From positions 94,304,001-94,368,000 of the forward strand of contig NC_045696.1 in NCBI RefSeq assembly GCF_009834535.1: 64,000 bases of DNA. The letters are read 5' to 3'. Under the pieces are notes generated by a model. The model made no database searches. It was not told the DNA's origin and saw only the letters and a program-made list of their open reading frames with translations. This document shows, piece after piece, positions 26,401 through 38,281 of the stretch (its first letter is position 1; the number at the start of each line of letters is the position of its first letter). The DNA comes from Camelus ferus. Lineage: Eukaryota. A program made the position numbers and the translations under genes.

Positions 26401-27214
26401 AGGGGATCTCTGAACAGACAGTCTCTGTAAGAAAAACATGCCAAAGATGAGACCCCGTAGGCAGACAGGGTTGGGCAACTGACTTGAGTAAAACTGTTTT
26501 TTTCCGTAGCAAAAGAATCTGATTTATTTTCTAAGCGCTCGATGTTGAGCTCTCACATCTCTTTGGTTTTCTCTCCATGGAATGTTCTCCATCTCATCCC
26601 ACTACTTGGCAGACGTCTCCTCATCTTTTCAGCTCCTTCTTTGTGGGGAGTTCTTGCCTGCCCACACCCTGTACCAAGTGACTCTGCCCTAAATGCAGCA
26701 GCTGAGGAAGGGGAGGGCTGTGTCCACTGTGCTGCCACAGCTGATTGGGCAAAGGGGTGGGACACCTGAGTTGTAGCTACAGGTGCAGCCAGGTTGTGGT
26801 TACTTGGGATTGCAGTGGCCCTCTTGTCCTTTGCAAGTTGAAGTCCCATGGACAACAGTACATAGAGGGAAGAGAGCAGAGAAGGCTTATGGGCAGAAAC
26901 AGAGTCTCCCTAAGAAAGAGACCTTGTAGTTTTCTGATTGCTTCTGTTTCTACTTTATAGCTATGTTTTCAATAAGCCCTACTCTGCTTGAGAGAAAGTG
27001 AGGGCCCCCTTGGAAGAACCCTTGCCGAAGCATCTTCCACAGGAAGCACCACTTGCAACCTGTGCAGTCTTACTGGACCCACTACATAGCTCCGTGATGA
27101 TACCTGTCTCCCTTCCTGTGCCCTATGGGACTGTAAAGCTTCTTGAGAACTATCATATCTTTTGGTGTGATAAGTCTGTACTGTGTGAATTTGTTGTTAT
27201 ATGAAATACTACTT

Positions 27215-27823
27215 ACCAGGTTTGATCTTCTTGGGTCTTACATTTAAGATTCATGAGATGAGACTATAGCAGTGCTTAGATAAGGGCTAGTTATTCCCCG
27301 TTATTGAAGCAAAACCATTCTGAGTAATCTACGGTTGCCTGTAAATGGAGGTTTTTCCAGTCTGACCGCAGTAACAGGCACTGTTTCAGCCCTGGGTGGG
27401 TACCAGTCACTGTTCCTTCCTTCTGATCCTTTCAGAAGATTCTTCTGCTTTCAAGTCATTTCCTCATATGTATGTGCTGATAGTTGTCTACTGAATACTC
27501 GAGGAGAACCCTCTGCAGATCTGTGGAGTCCTGTTTATGTCACCCTCTCCTATTAGGTATCCTGTCCTGCAAACTTGAGCTGCCTTGGTCTCCTCTGAGT
27601 CTCAGAGCTGTCTCCGCAGTAGGGAGTGCACCAGACTACTTGGTTCCCCTTCTCTGCTCAGTGGCAGTGCTGGGACAATCTTTTAGTTCATATTGTTTGC
27701 GTTTCATCTCTCAGGGCTCACTATGCTTCATTTCCTCCTGTCAAATGTCTTAGAAACTTTTTAATACTGAAGTGGGAGGGTAAACCAGGTCCCTGTTTTT
27801 ATTCTGTCTGGGAAGTAGAAGTC
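27215..27823 (-). mobile_element. 5' end of an old L1M4/L1MC-type element
   Basis: 'ctgaatactcgaggagaaccctctgcagatct', ending 'gggagggtaaaccaggtccctgtt...ggaagtagaagtc'. Confidence 0.65.
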
Positions 27824-29765
27824 ATAACTTGTTGAGTTACTTGTTTAGGAAAGTTTGATAAATATTGTAGTCGGTATATTTGACTACAATTTGTTCAATT
27901 GGAAGATTCTCTTTGATTTCTGATTAGAAACTTTAAAGTGATGTATTGACATACATTCTCACAATTTAAAACATCTTTTGTGTTGTAAGTATCTCTGACA
28001 TGGGTGTAACATGTATTAAATCTTCAGTTTCATTGCTGCTTAATCAAGGCTGGAGTTAAAGACAATGAGTTAATAATAGAGTAAGATGTTAATCACATTC
28101 TCTTTAGAGGAAATCCACTCCAGTGAATCTTTTGAGTAAAAATAGTTTCCCAAGAGGAACTTATTCTGGAGAGATAATGATCTGTTTTAGATGCCCATAA
28201 TTTACAATTATGTGTGGTTAGCTTCTGAATTGTGAGTATGGGAAGTGTTGTAAGTCTTAGAAAGTTGGTTTGATACTTAATTTATGCAAATCATTTCTGA
28301 AGCTCAGAGGAACCAGACATTTAGGAAGTGAGCCCAGGCCTGCATTCAAAAAAGCCATTCAAAGGTAAGTGTGAATAGGTCTACGAGCTTGAAGCTACAG
28401 AAGAAAGGACTGCTAATATTGTTATCAGAAACAATTTTCCTTAAAAAAAAAAAGGAAAATGGCAAAATGACTTTTACTTCTACCTAGAAGAGCATCCACT
28501 TAAATGTGAAGTGCTGTGAGGAATGAGGAAATGAGGAATTCTCCCTTTGCGAGTACTCGTGCCTTGAGAATGGACTGCAAAGTCTGACAGTTCCTAAAAT
28601 GGGGATCTTTCTGTAACCAAGTAGGGCAGAGAGAGGCAGAGCACAGTTAAGCCCTTGCACCTCAGGGCAGCGCCTAGGGTCTCTGCTGTGGAGACAGTCC
28701 CCACTGCTCAACAGGCTCAGAATAAGCTTCCCCCTCTTTTCACATCCTGGATGGAAGGAAAGCTGGTACAGCAGGCAGTTAGTGAAGAAGCCTGTGGTTT
28801 ATCCCAGCCTCCTTGGAGAGGGCTGATCTCAGGCCATTCAGTGAGAGAAGAGCCCACTGATTGGCAAATGATGAATAAAAAGTATTTCTGGGAGAAAAAA
28901 ACAGAACTTTTCATCACAACAAATCAAGTGGCTTGAGAATAAGTGGGTGGGATGATTCTTGAGTTGTCAACCTCTGCCTCATCTCACTTTCCTATATCCT
29001 AGCCCAGATCTTTGCTCTGGGCGTCGCAGATGTTGCAGCTTTCCCTCTAGGGATCAGATTTTTTAACAAAAAGAAACAATCATTGGATATACGGTTTATT
29101 TCTTATTAGCTACAGAATTATACGCCCTTGATTCTTGGGGTTCAAATGAAAATCCAGATCATTTACTATAAAAAGTTACAGTAGAGGGGGAGTCAAAGGC
29201 TCCAGCATAGCCTACAGTCACTAATGTGTGTATTGATGGTCTGGGAGCCATGCCAGCCACACACAGGCCTGAGGAGGTGTTTTCCAAGGACTCTGAGGCC
29301 TGAGGAGTGGCAGAAGCTAGGAAGTGATTCACTCATGGGGAGTGGAATCCACAGGGGTGTCCAAGGGAATTTGCTGACCACAGTGTATACCTTGGTCAGT
29401 GAAGTAAGATATAAAGATGACAGACTGAGGGTGAAGTAGTGGGTGAACTGTTTCCTCCATCAGATGAGTGACCTTGCAAGACTGTTAGTGTATTTAGTGA
29501 CCTTTATGTATGTTGTCCTGAAGGCAGTGCTAGCCATCACACTGGGGCTGGGAGCTCTGCAGAGTAAAGAACTCATGTCCACAATGATCTAGAGGGGAAG
29601 GTCCATATCTTCTGTCTTCCCCTTGAAGTCCCTGACATGGGTGTTGATGGTGATGGTCATTATTTATTAGACTCTGGTGTTTCTGGCCAACAATTGCTAC
29701 TGAGGCCCTGTTCTCACTGCTTAGTCTCCAGCCATGGATTCCTAAATCTGCCTGTCAAGACCAAC

Positions 29766-32700
29766 TTTCTCCCTGTCTGACTATTTTACTTAGCATAATA
29801 CTCTTACCTCCATCCATGTTGTCATAAATGGTAAGATTTCATTCTTTTTATGGCCAAGTAATATTCCATTGTATATATACCACATCTTATCCATTCTGTT
29901 GTTGGGCACTTTGATTGCTTCCATATCTTGGCTATTGTAAATAATGCTGCAATGAACACAGGAGTGCATATATCTTTTTCAAATTCATGTTTTGTTCTCT
30001 TCAGATTAAATACCCAGGATTGGAATAGCTGGATCATATGGTAGTTCTATTTTTAATTATTTGAGGAACCTTCATATTGTTTTCCATGGTGGCTGCACAA
30101 ATTACATTCCTACCAACAGTGTGAGGATTCTCTTTCCTTCACATTCTCACTAACACTTGTTATTTGTTGTCTTTTTGATAATAGCCATTCTGACAGATGT
30201 AAGGTGGTATCTCATTGTGGTTTGAATTTGCATTTCCCTGATTAGTGATGTTTAGCATCTTTTCATGTGCCTATCCGTTAGCCATCTCTGTCTTCTTTGG
30301 AAAAATGTCTATTCAGATCTTCTGCTGATTTTTCAATCTGTTTGTTTTTTTGATGTTGAGTTGTATGAGTGTTTTTTTATATTTTGGGTATTAACCCCTT
30401 ATTGGATATATCATTTACCAATATCTTCTCCCATTCAGTAGGTGGACTTTCCATTTTGTTAAAAGTTTTCTCTGTTGTGCAGAAGCTTTAGTTTGATATA
30501 GTCTCATTTATTTTTGCTTTTGTTTCCTTTGCCTGAGGACACATAGCAAAAAAGAAAATTAAAGTTGCTAAGACCAATGTCAAAAAACTTAAGACTGCCT
30601 GTGTTTTCTTCTAGATGTTTTATGGTTTCAGATCCTATATTTAAGTCTTTAGTCCATATTGAATTTGCATGGTGTAAGAAGAGGGTAGTCCAATTTGTTT
30701 CTTTTGCATATAGCTGTTCAGTTTTCCCAATGCCATTTATTGAAGGAGGCTATCTTTTCCCCATTGTATATTCTTGCTTCCTTTGTCATAGATTAATTGT
30801 TCATATCAGTGTGGACCCATTTCTGGGCTCTCTATTCTGTTCCATTGATCTATGTGTCTCTTTTTTGTGATAGTACTATACTGTTTTGATTATTGTAACT
30901 TTGTAGTATGGTTTGAAATCAGGGCACATAATACCTCCGGCTTTGTTTTGTCTTAAGATTGTTTTGTCTCTTCAGGGTCTTTTGTATTTCCATTTAAATT
31001 TTAGAATTATTCTATTTCTGTGGAAAAATTCCATTGAGTCTGTAGTTTGTCTTGGGTAGTATGATCATCTTAACAATATTAATTCTTCCAATCCATGAAC
31101 ATGGTATATCTTTCCATCTGTTTGTGTTGTCATCAATTTTTTTTATCAGGTGTCTTAAGACTTTTCTGAGTATAGGTTTTTTTTCCCTCCATAGGCAGAC
31201 TTATTCCTAGGTATTTTATTCTTTCTGATGCTGATGGTAAATGAGATTGTTTCTTAATTTCTCTTATAATTTGTTGTTAATGTTAGAAATGCAACAGATT
31301 TCTGTATAATAATTTTATATCCTGTAATTTTACCAAATTCATTAAGTTCTAGTTTTTTAGTGCTGTCCTTAGGATTTTTTGTGTATAGCATCATGTCACG
31401 TACAGAGACAATTTTACTTCTTCCTTTCCAGTTTGAATTCCTTTTATTTCTTTTTCTTATCTGATTGCTGTGCCTAGGACTTTCAATATTATGTTGAATA
31501 AAAGTGATGAGAGTGGGCATCTTTTTCTAATTCCTGATCTTAGAGGAAATGCTTTCAGTTTTTCCTGGTTGAATATGATGTTAGCTGTGAGCTTGTCATA
31601 TATGGCCTTTATTATGTTAAGAGGTTCCCTCTATACCTACTTTATCATAAATGGATGTTGAATTTTGTCAAAAACTTAACTGAGATGATCATATGATTAT
31701 CATTCAATTTATTGATATGGTGTATTAGATTGATTAGCAGATAGTGAACGAGCCTTGCATCCCTAGGATAAATCCCACTTAATCATGGCATATGATCTGT
31801 TTCATGTATCATTAATTCAGTTTGCTAATACTTTGAGAGTTTTTTGTGTTTATCACTGATATTGGCCTGTAACATTTTTTTTGTGGTATCTTTGGTTTTG
31901 GCATCAGAGTTATGCTTGCCTCAGGATGAGTTTGGAAATGTTCCTTTCTCTGCAATTTTTGGGATAGTTTGAGAAGGATAGGTTTGAACTCTTCTCTAAA
32001 TATTTGGTAGAATTCATCTGTAAAGCTATCTAGCTATCTGGTCTTGGACTTTTGTTGGGAGTTTTTTTTAATCAGTTTCATTACTGGCAATTGGTATGTT
32101 CATGTTTTCTGTTTCTTCCTTGTTGAGTCTTGGTAGATTGTACATTTTAAAAAATTGGTCCATTTTTTCTAGGTTGTGCATTCTATCGGCATGTAGCTGT
32201 TCATAATAGTCTCTTATGATTCTTTTTCTGTGGTGTCAATTATAACTTTTCCTTTTCATTTCTTATTATATTGATGTGGGCCCTCTTTTTTCCTTGATGC
32301 ATCTGCCAAAGGGTTCATCTATTTTGTTTCTTTTCAGAGGACCTGCAGCAGTTTCACTAATCTTTTGTTTTCCTCTTGCCTTTTACTCTGTATTTCATTT
32401 ATTTCTGCAATGATATTTATGATTTATTTTCTTCTGCTAAATTTGGGTTTTATTTGTCCTTCTTTTTCTAGTTCCTTTATATGTAAGGTTAGGTTGTTCT
32501 GTTTCCCTGAAGTAGGCTTTTAGCTTCCTCTTAGAACTGTACTGCTCTTGCTGCACCCCATAGATTATGGATTATTGTATTTTTCTTTTCATTTTTGTAT
32601 AGGTTTTCTTTTTTTTATCTCTACTTTGATTTCTTCTTGTGTAGCTTCTATGTGTTTGTGTTTTTTGCAGTTTTTTCTTGTAGTTTATTTCTAGTCTCGC

Positions 32701-33300
32701 AGTTTATTTCTAGTCTCGCAGTATTGTGGTCAGAAGAGATGCTTTATCTGATTTCAGTTTCCTTAAATTTACTGAAACTTGTTTTGTGGTCTGGCACGTG
32801 CTCTATCCTTGAGTGTTCATGTGCCATGTACTTTTGAAAATGTGTATTTTGCTGTTTTGGATGGAACATTCTATATATATCTTAAGTCTGTTTGGTCTAA
32901 TGTGTCATTTAAGGCTGGTGCTTTTTTAAATTGATTTTTCTATGTGGACAGTCTGTGCATTAATATAAGTGGGGTATTAAAGTTCTCTACTATTATTATG
33001 TTACTATCAATTTCTCCCTTTATGTCTGTTAATATTTGCTTTATGTGTTTAGGTGCTCCTATTTTAGGTGCATATGTATTTATAATTGTTATATCTTGTT
33101 AGATTGGTCCCTTTATCATTATATAATATCCTTCTTTGTCTTTTGTTACAGTCTTTGTTTTAAAGTCAAAACCATATAAGTATTGCTACCTTGGCTTTTT
33201 AAAAAATTTCTATTTGCATAGCATACCTTTTTCAATTCCCTTATTTTCAGTCTGTGTGTTTCTTTAGATCTGACATGAGTCTCTTGTAGGCTGCTTATAT
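29766..33300 (-). pseudogene. Disrupted L1 ORF2 (endonuclease / reverse transcriptase)
   Basis: Only short in-frame fragments survive. The catalytic FADD motif is degraded at ~31400 (reads ..VRDM..). Many stops and frameshifts. Confidence 0.85.
32682..32719. repeat. 19-bp perfect tandem duplication inside L1 ORF2
   Basis: 'agtttatttctagtctcgc' x2. Confidence 0.95.
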
Positions 33301-35187
33301 ATGAGTCTTTTTATGCATCCATTCAGCTATTCTGTCTTTTGATTTGAATAGTTAGTCCACTTTCAGGAACTGCTGATAGATATGTACTTACTGCCATTTT
33401 ATTAATTGTTTTCTGGTTGTTTTGTAGTGTTTTATTTTTCTTTTGCTCTCTTGATGACTGTCTTGAGTGTATGGATCCCTTTCTTTTTTGTGTGTATTAT
33501 CTATAATAGATTTTTGGTACATTGTTACCATGAGATTTATGTATAGCAATGAATATATGTGATTATTTAAAGTTGCTGATCTCTTAATTTCAGGCACATT
33601 TTAACAACCCTGTATTTTTATCAAGCCCCCTCAGTGTTTACTGTTTTTGACATCATATTTTACATGTTTTTTTCTTTATTCCTTAACTACATAATATGGA
33701 TATAGATGATTTTACCACCTTTATCTTTTAACCTTTCTTATTAGCATTATAAGTAGTTGATCTTTACTGTATATTTGCTTTTACCATGGATTCTTTCCTT
33801 TCATAATTTTCATATTTCTCACTGTGGCCTTTTCTTTTCCATTTAAGAGAAATCCCTTTATCACTTATTGTAAAGTTGGTTAGTGGTGCTGAACTCTTTT
33901 AGCTCTTGCTTGTCCCTAAAATTTTTGAATTCTCTGTCATACCTGAATGAGAGCCTTGCTGGGTAGATTATTCTTGGTTGTAGGTTTTCCCCATTCATCA
34001 CTTTAAACATCATTCCATTCTCTTTCTGGCCTGCAGAGTTTCTGCTGAAAAGTCAGCTGATGGTTTTATGGCAGTTCCCTTGTATGTAACTTGATGCTTT
34101 TAATACTCTCTTTATCTTTAACTTTTGCCATTTTAATTACAATATGTCTTGGTGTGATCTTCTTTGGGTTGGTTATGTTTTGGATTTCCTGTGTTTTCTA
34201 GACCTGGATGTCTGTTTCCTTTCCAAGGTTAGGAATGTTTTGAGCTATTAGGTCTTCAAATATGGTCTCTGCCCCTTTTTCTTCGTTCTCTTCCTTGGAC
34301 CTCTATAAGGCAAATGTTAGTATACTTGATGTTGTCTCAGAGATCTCTTAACCTGGTCTATTTTCTTTTTATTCCTTTTTTTCTTTCGCTTAGCTTCAGT
34401 GATTTTCACTACTGTCTTCCAGGTTGTTGATCCGTTCCTCTGTATCATTTAATCTATTTATATTCCTTCTAGTGTATTTTTTAAGTTACTGTGTTTATCT
34501 GTTCAGTTATTTTTTTATATTTTCTCTATTCAAAACATCTAAGTTCTCACTCTGTTCACCCAATTTTCTCCCAAGTTCTTTGAGCATCTTTATGATCATT
34601 ACCTTGATCTCTTTATCAGGTAGATTAATTATCTCCAGTTCACTTAGTTATTCTTTTTGGGTTTTCTAGTTCCTTTGTTTAAAACATACTCCTCTGTTGC
34701 CTCCTTTTGCCTAATTTGCTATTTTTTATTTTTAAATGTTTGAGAGACTTTACATTTCCTGACCTTGGAGAAGTGGCCTTTTGTAGATGCCCTATGGGTC
34801 CCAACAGCACACTCCCCTCTGGTCACTAGAGCTGTATGCTGTCATGTTGGCCATGTGGGCTTTCTGGCAGGCTGACTATTGTGGGCTGCCTGGTATGTAC
34901 GGCTGGCCCCCAGTCTGGCTGATTACCAGGCCCTACCTTCTGCAGAGGCTGCTGGCCACTGGTGGGTGGGACTAGTTCATGAGGCAGCTGGCTGTGGAGC
35001 CCCAGGGGGTCCCAGATCTAGGGCTGGCCCATTGGTGAGCAGAGCTGGGTTGTTGCGTGGGTGGTTGTTGGGTGGCAGAGTCCCAGAATCTAGTGTTTGC
35101 CTGCTGGTGGGTGGGACCATTTCTTGCCATGGCTGGTTGCAGGGTCCAGGTTGTCCTAAGGCTGTTGTCAGCCTGCTGGTGAGTAGT

Positions 35188-35235
35188 GCTGGATCCTGGG
35201 GTGGCTGGATCCTGGGGTGGCTGAATCCTGGGGCA
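35188..35235. repeat. 16-bp tandem repeat x3 in the L1 5' UTR
   Basis: gctggatcctggggtg / gctggatcctggggtg / gctgaatcctggggca. Confidence 0.9.
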
Positions 35236-37077
35236 GCTGGCTGAGGAGATTAGATGTCTCAGTGGTGGCCTGCTGGTGGGTGGGCTGGTTTCTGATACTG
35301 TGGGCTGAGTGGCTGCAGTTGTATTCGGGCTGGTGTCTGCCTGCTGTGAATGGGGCCAGGGCCCAGGGAATCCTGGGTCTCATGCCTGCTCACTGGTGGG
35401 TAAGACTGGGTCCTGGGGCCAGTGCCAGCCCACTGGTGGGCAGAGCTAGGTTCTAGGTTCTCTGCCTGCAGGTTCCTGGAGGTATCAGAGTTGGTATGCC
35501 TCCCATTGGTTGACAGGGTCTGGACTCAGGAGGTGCCCACTGACAGGCAGACTTTGGGTCCTGGGGTCTCAAGGATCTCTGGCACCTCTGGCTGCAGGGG
35601 CCTAGGGGTCCTGGAGTTGGTGTTGGCCCTGAGGACCTGATCTGCTGCTAATGCAGGTACACTGGTATGTGGGGCAGGGTCCTAGATCCTTTGGTGCACA
35701 GGGCTGGGTCTCAGGGTGTCTGTGGGCTCAGGTGGTCTTAAGGTAGCTGGGCCTGCTAGTAGGTGGAGCTGTGTCCTTCCCAGGGTATCTACTTGGCCTG
35801 TGGAGACCCAGTGCTGGTGCTAAGTCAGAGCTTGGTCTCAGTGCTAATAAGCCAGTGGAAGGATTCTAGAATGGTGCTTGCCAGTACCAGTGTCCTCCTG
35901 GTAGACTGAGCTCCCCACAATGGCTGCTGCCATTGTCTGTGTCCCCGGGATGAGTTCTAGTTGCCTCTGGCCTCTCCAGGACACTCTCTGATATCAGCAT
36001 GTGGATCTGACCCAGGCTTTCAAACTACTGCTTCTGCCCTGGTCCTAGAGCATGTGATATTTTGTGTCCTTCCAGAATGGAGTCTTTATTTCCCACAGCC
36101 TTCTGGCTCTCCTGAAAGTAAGCCCTACTGACCTTCAGAGTCAAACATTCTAGGAGCTTATTTCCTGGTGCAGGAGCCCTGGGCTGGGGCTCCTGTTGTG
36201 GGGCAGTTTCCTCCTTCTCAGGGAAAAGCTCTGCAACTGTAACTGTCCTTCCATTTGGGGTTGCCCACCTGGGGTGTGGGTCTTGACTAGACCGTATCTC
36301 CATCCCTCCTCAGTCTTGCTGTGGTTCCTTTTTTACGTCTTTAGTTGCAGAAGATCTTTTCTGCTAGTCTCCCAGTCTTTCTCATCAACAGTTGCTCTGT
36401 AAATAGCTGTGTGTCCATGGAAGGAGGTGATCTCAGAGTCTTCCTACTCCACCATCTTGGTCACTCCTCCTCTGCTAATTTGCACTACTAATAAAGATCA
36501 AAAGTTATACATTATATGTTTTGTTATACATATGTTTGACATTCATTTCAGTATAGCCATATTTCTGATCTTGACTATAGAAAAACTCAGCAAACTGCCT
36601 CAAAGGAATATCTCCATTGACAGAATTTGTAGAATTATTCTTTGACTTCATATGCAGGAAATATTGCAGTTAGTGGAATATTTGATTTAGCTTTGAAGGC
36701 CTAGTACAAGGTCACAGTTGCAGTGTACCTGTATAAATCATATGGGTAATGGCCCAGTTGAAACTAGCCCCTTTAAATCATAAGGTTGCATAGCTACCCA
36801 AGACTTCTGAAAGCTTGTATGAAAGTTGCCAATGCCAGTTAGAGTATTGACATTATGTGATGATTCCTAGACAACAAGGAAGACTGAAAGCAATCTTTCA
36901 TACGTAACTGACTAACATATGAATATGTAGGTAGTTGTAATTTAAGAGGGACCATGCTTAGTTTTCTATAACCACATGTGTGTGATATTTCTACCATTTC
37001 CTCCTACTAGTTTTGTTCACAATATCTAAAAGCTTATTCCAAGTAAACATCTGAACCCTAAGGAGTATTCTGTAGGG

Positions 37078-37296
37078 CAGAACTTCTCAGCCTCAGTAGT
37101 GCAGGCATTTTTGAGCCAGAGAATTCTTTGTTGCTAGCTGCTGTCCCATGTATTGTAGGATGCTTAACAGTGTCCTTGGTGTCTACCTTACTGGATGCCA
37201 GTAGCACCATCTCCCTCAGTTGTAATAATCAAAACTGTCTCCAGACATTACCAAATGTCCCCTGAGAGGCAAAATCATCCTGGTTGAGAGTCATTA
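37078..37296. mobile_element. MER20 (hAT-Charlie MITE), full length
   Basis: 'ggatgccagtagcacc', 'tgtctccagacattaccaaatgtcccctgagaggcaaaatc', 'tggttgagag'. 219 bp, with 8-bp TSD ctgtaggg (37070-37077) / ctgtagag (37297-37304). Confidence 0.9.
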
Positions 37297-38081
37297 CTGT
37301 AGAGCCAAGAAGGGATGAAGTCTTCTGTCTCATCTTATTCTTTTTCAGTCCTCTTGGAAGAGACTCCCTCATAATTACTTGGCATCCTATGTAGTTATTG
37401 AGAAAGTCATAGTCCATGCTTCTGTGAAAAATAGAGCTATGTTTTGCTGAGGGCTCAGGAACCAAAATTTCCATCTCAGGACAATGTCTTTTTTGTTCTT
37501 TTTTAATTGAAAACTTGTCCCAGTTGATTTTATGCAAGAGGTAAGTTTTCCAAGAAGTACTTCAATACTTTGTTCAGAGGAATAATGGATTGCTGCTCAA
37601 AAATTTAGCTGCTTGAATTCAAAATGGGAACATGAGAAAAGGTGTGTATGTGTGTAACAGGAATACATGGAACTAAAAATATATATCTTTTTATTATGTC
37701 TTTTGGAATACAATGTGAACAGCTCTTTATCACTTTCTTCTTTAGCTTTTGCTGTGTGTATCAGATAGGAATGTGTGCGTTGCAGGTGACAGATAGCGAA
37801 CTGTTGTCTGAAGTCAAGAGCAATAACAGCATTGGGCCAACTCAACACAAGGGGTACTTTATCTGTCAGAATCTCTGTCATGGGTTATCCCTGCTCTGAG
37901 TGTGTATTATTGGCTTTCTTTCCAGACAAGATCTCTCCATGCTTATGAGATCATTATAGTTGTAGGTCTTAAGTTCTTTTAACTTCAGATCCAGGAGGGA
38001 AGACAGGGCATCTGCATCTGAGGGTAGGGTCTCTCTTACCCAAACTGCTTGAGTCTAAATGGAAAGAAGGGAATGACAGTA

Positions 38082-38281
38082 CAGTTGACCCTTGAAAAAT
38101 GGGAGTTCAGGGATGCTGACCCTTGGTGCAGTCCAGAATCCTCATATGACTTACAGTTGGTCCTTTGCAGTCATGGTTCCTCTGTATCCATGGATTCAGC
38201 TGTAGTATTTACTATTGAAAAAAAAATCTGCATCAAAGTGGACCTGCATAGTTCAAACCTGTGTTGTTCAAAGATCAACTG
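38082..38281. mobile_element. Tigger2-derived MITE (Tigger2a-like, TcMar-Tigger)
   Basis: Terminal inverted repeats cagttgacccttgaa / ttcaaagatcaactg, flanked by TA on both sides. Confidence 0.9.

Larger units (their letters stand above)
29766..36471 (-). mobile_element. Nearly full-length decayed LINE-1 (5' UTR, ORF1, ORF2); 3' UTR and poly(A) missing
   Basis: ORF2 C-terminal peptide KDICTPVFIAALFTIAKIWKQSKCP (29822-30037) and RT peptide DMMLYTKNPKDSTKKLEL..GYKIIIQKSVAFL (31254-31520). ORF1-like region ~33800-34700, GC-rich 5' UTR ~34780-36471. The 5' terminus reads GGAGGAGTGACCAAGATGGTGGAGTAGGAAG on the minus strand. Confidence 0.92.

Noticed and set aside
26700..26860. LTR16-like relic ('ctgattgggcaaaggggtgggacacctga')
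   Set aside because: Only one short motif is recognisable, so I cannot set boundaries or family without a search.
34787..36402. Cluster of overlapping ORFs
   Set aside because: Explained by the GC-rich, stop-poor L1 5' UTR.
34780..36471. CpG island or host gene promoter
   Set aside because: GC-rich but CpG-depleted, and contiguous with L1 ORF1.
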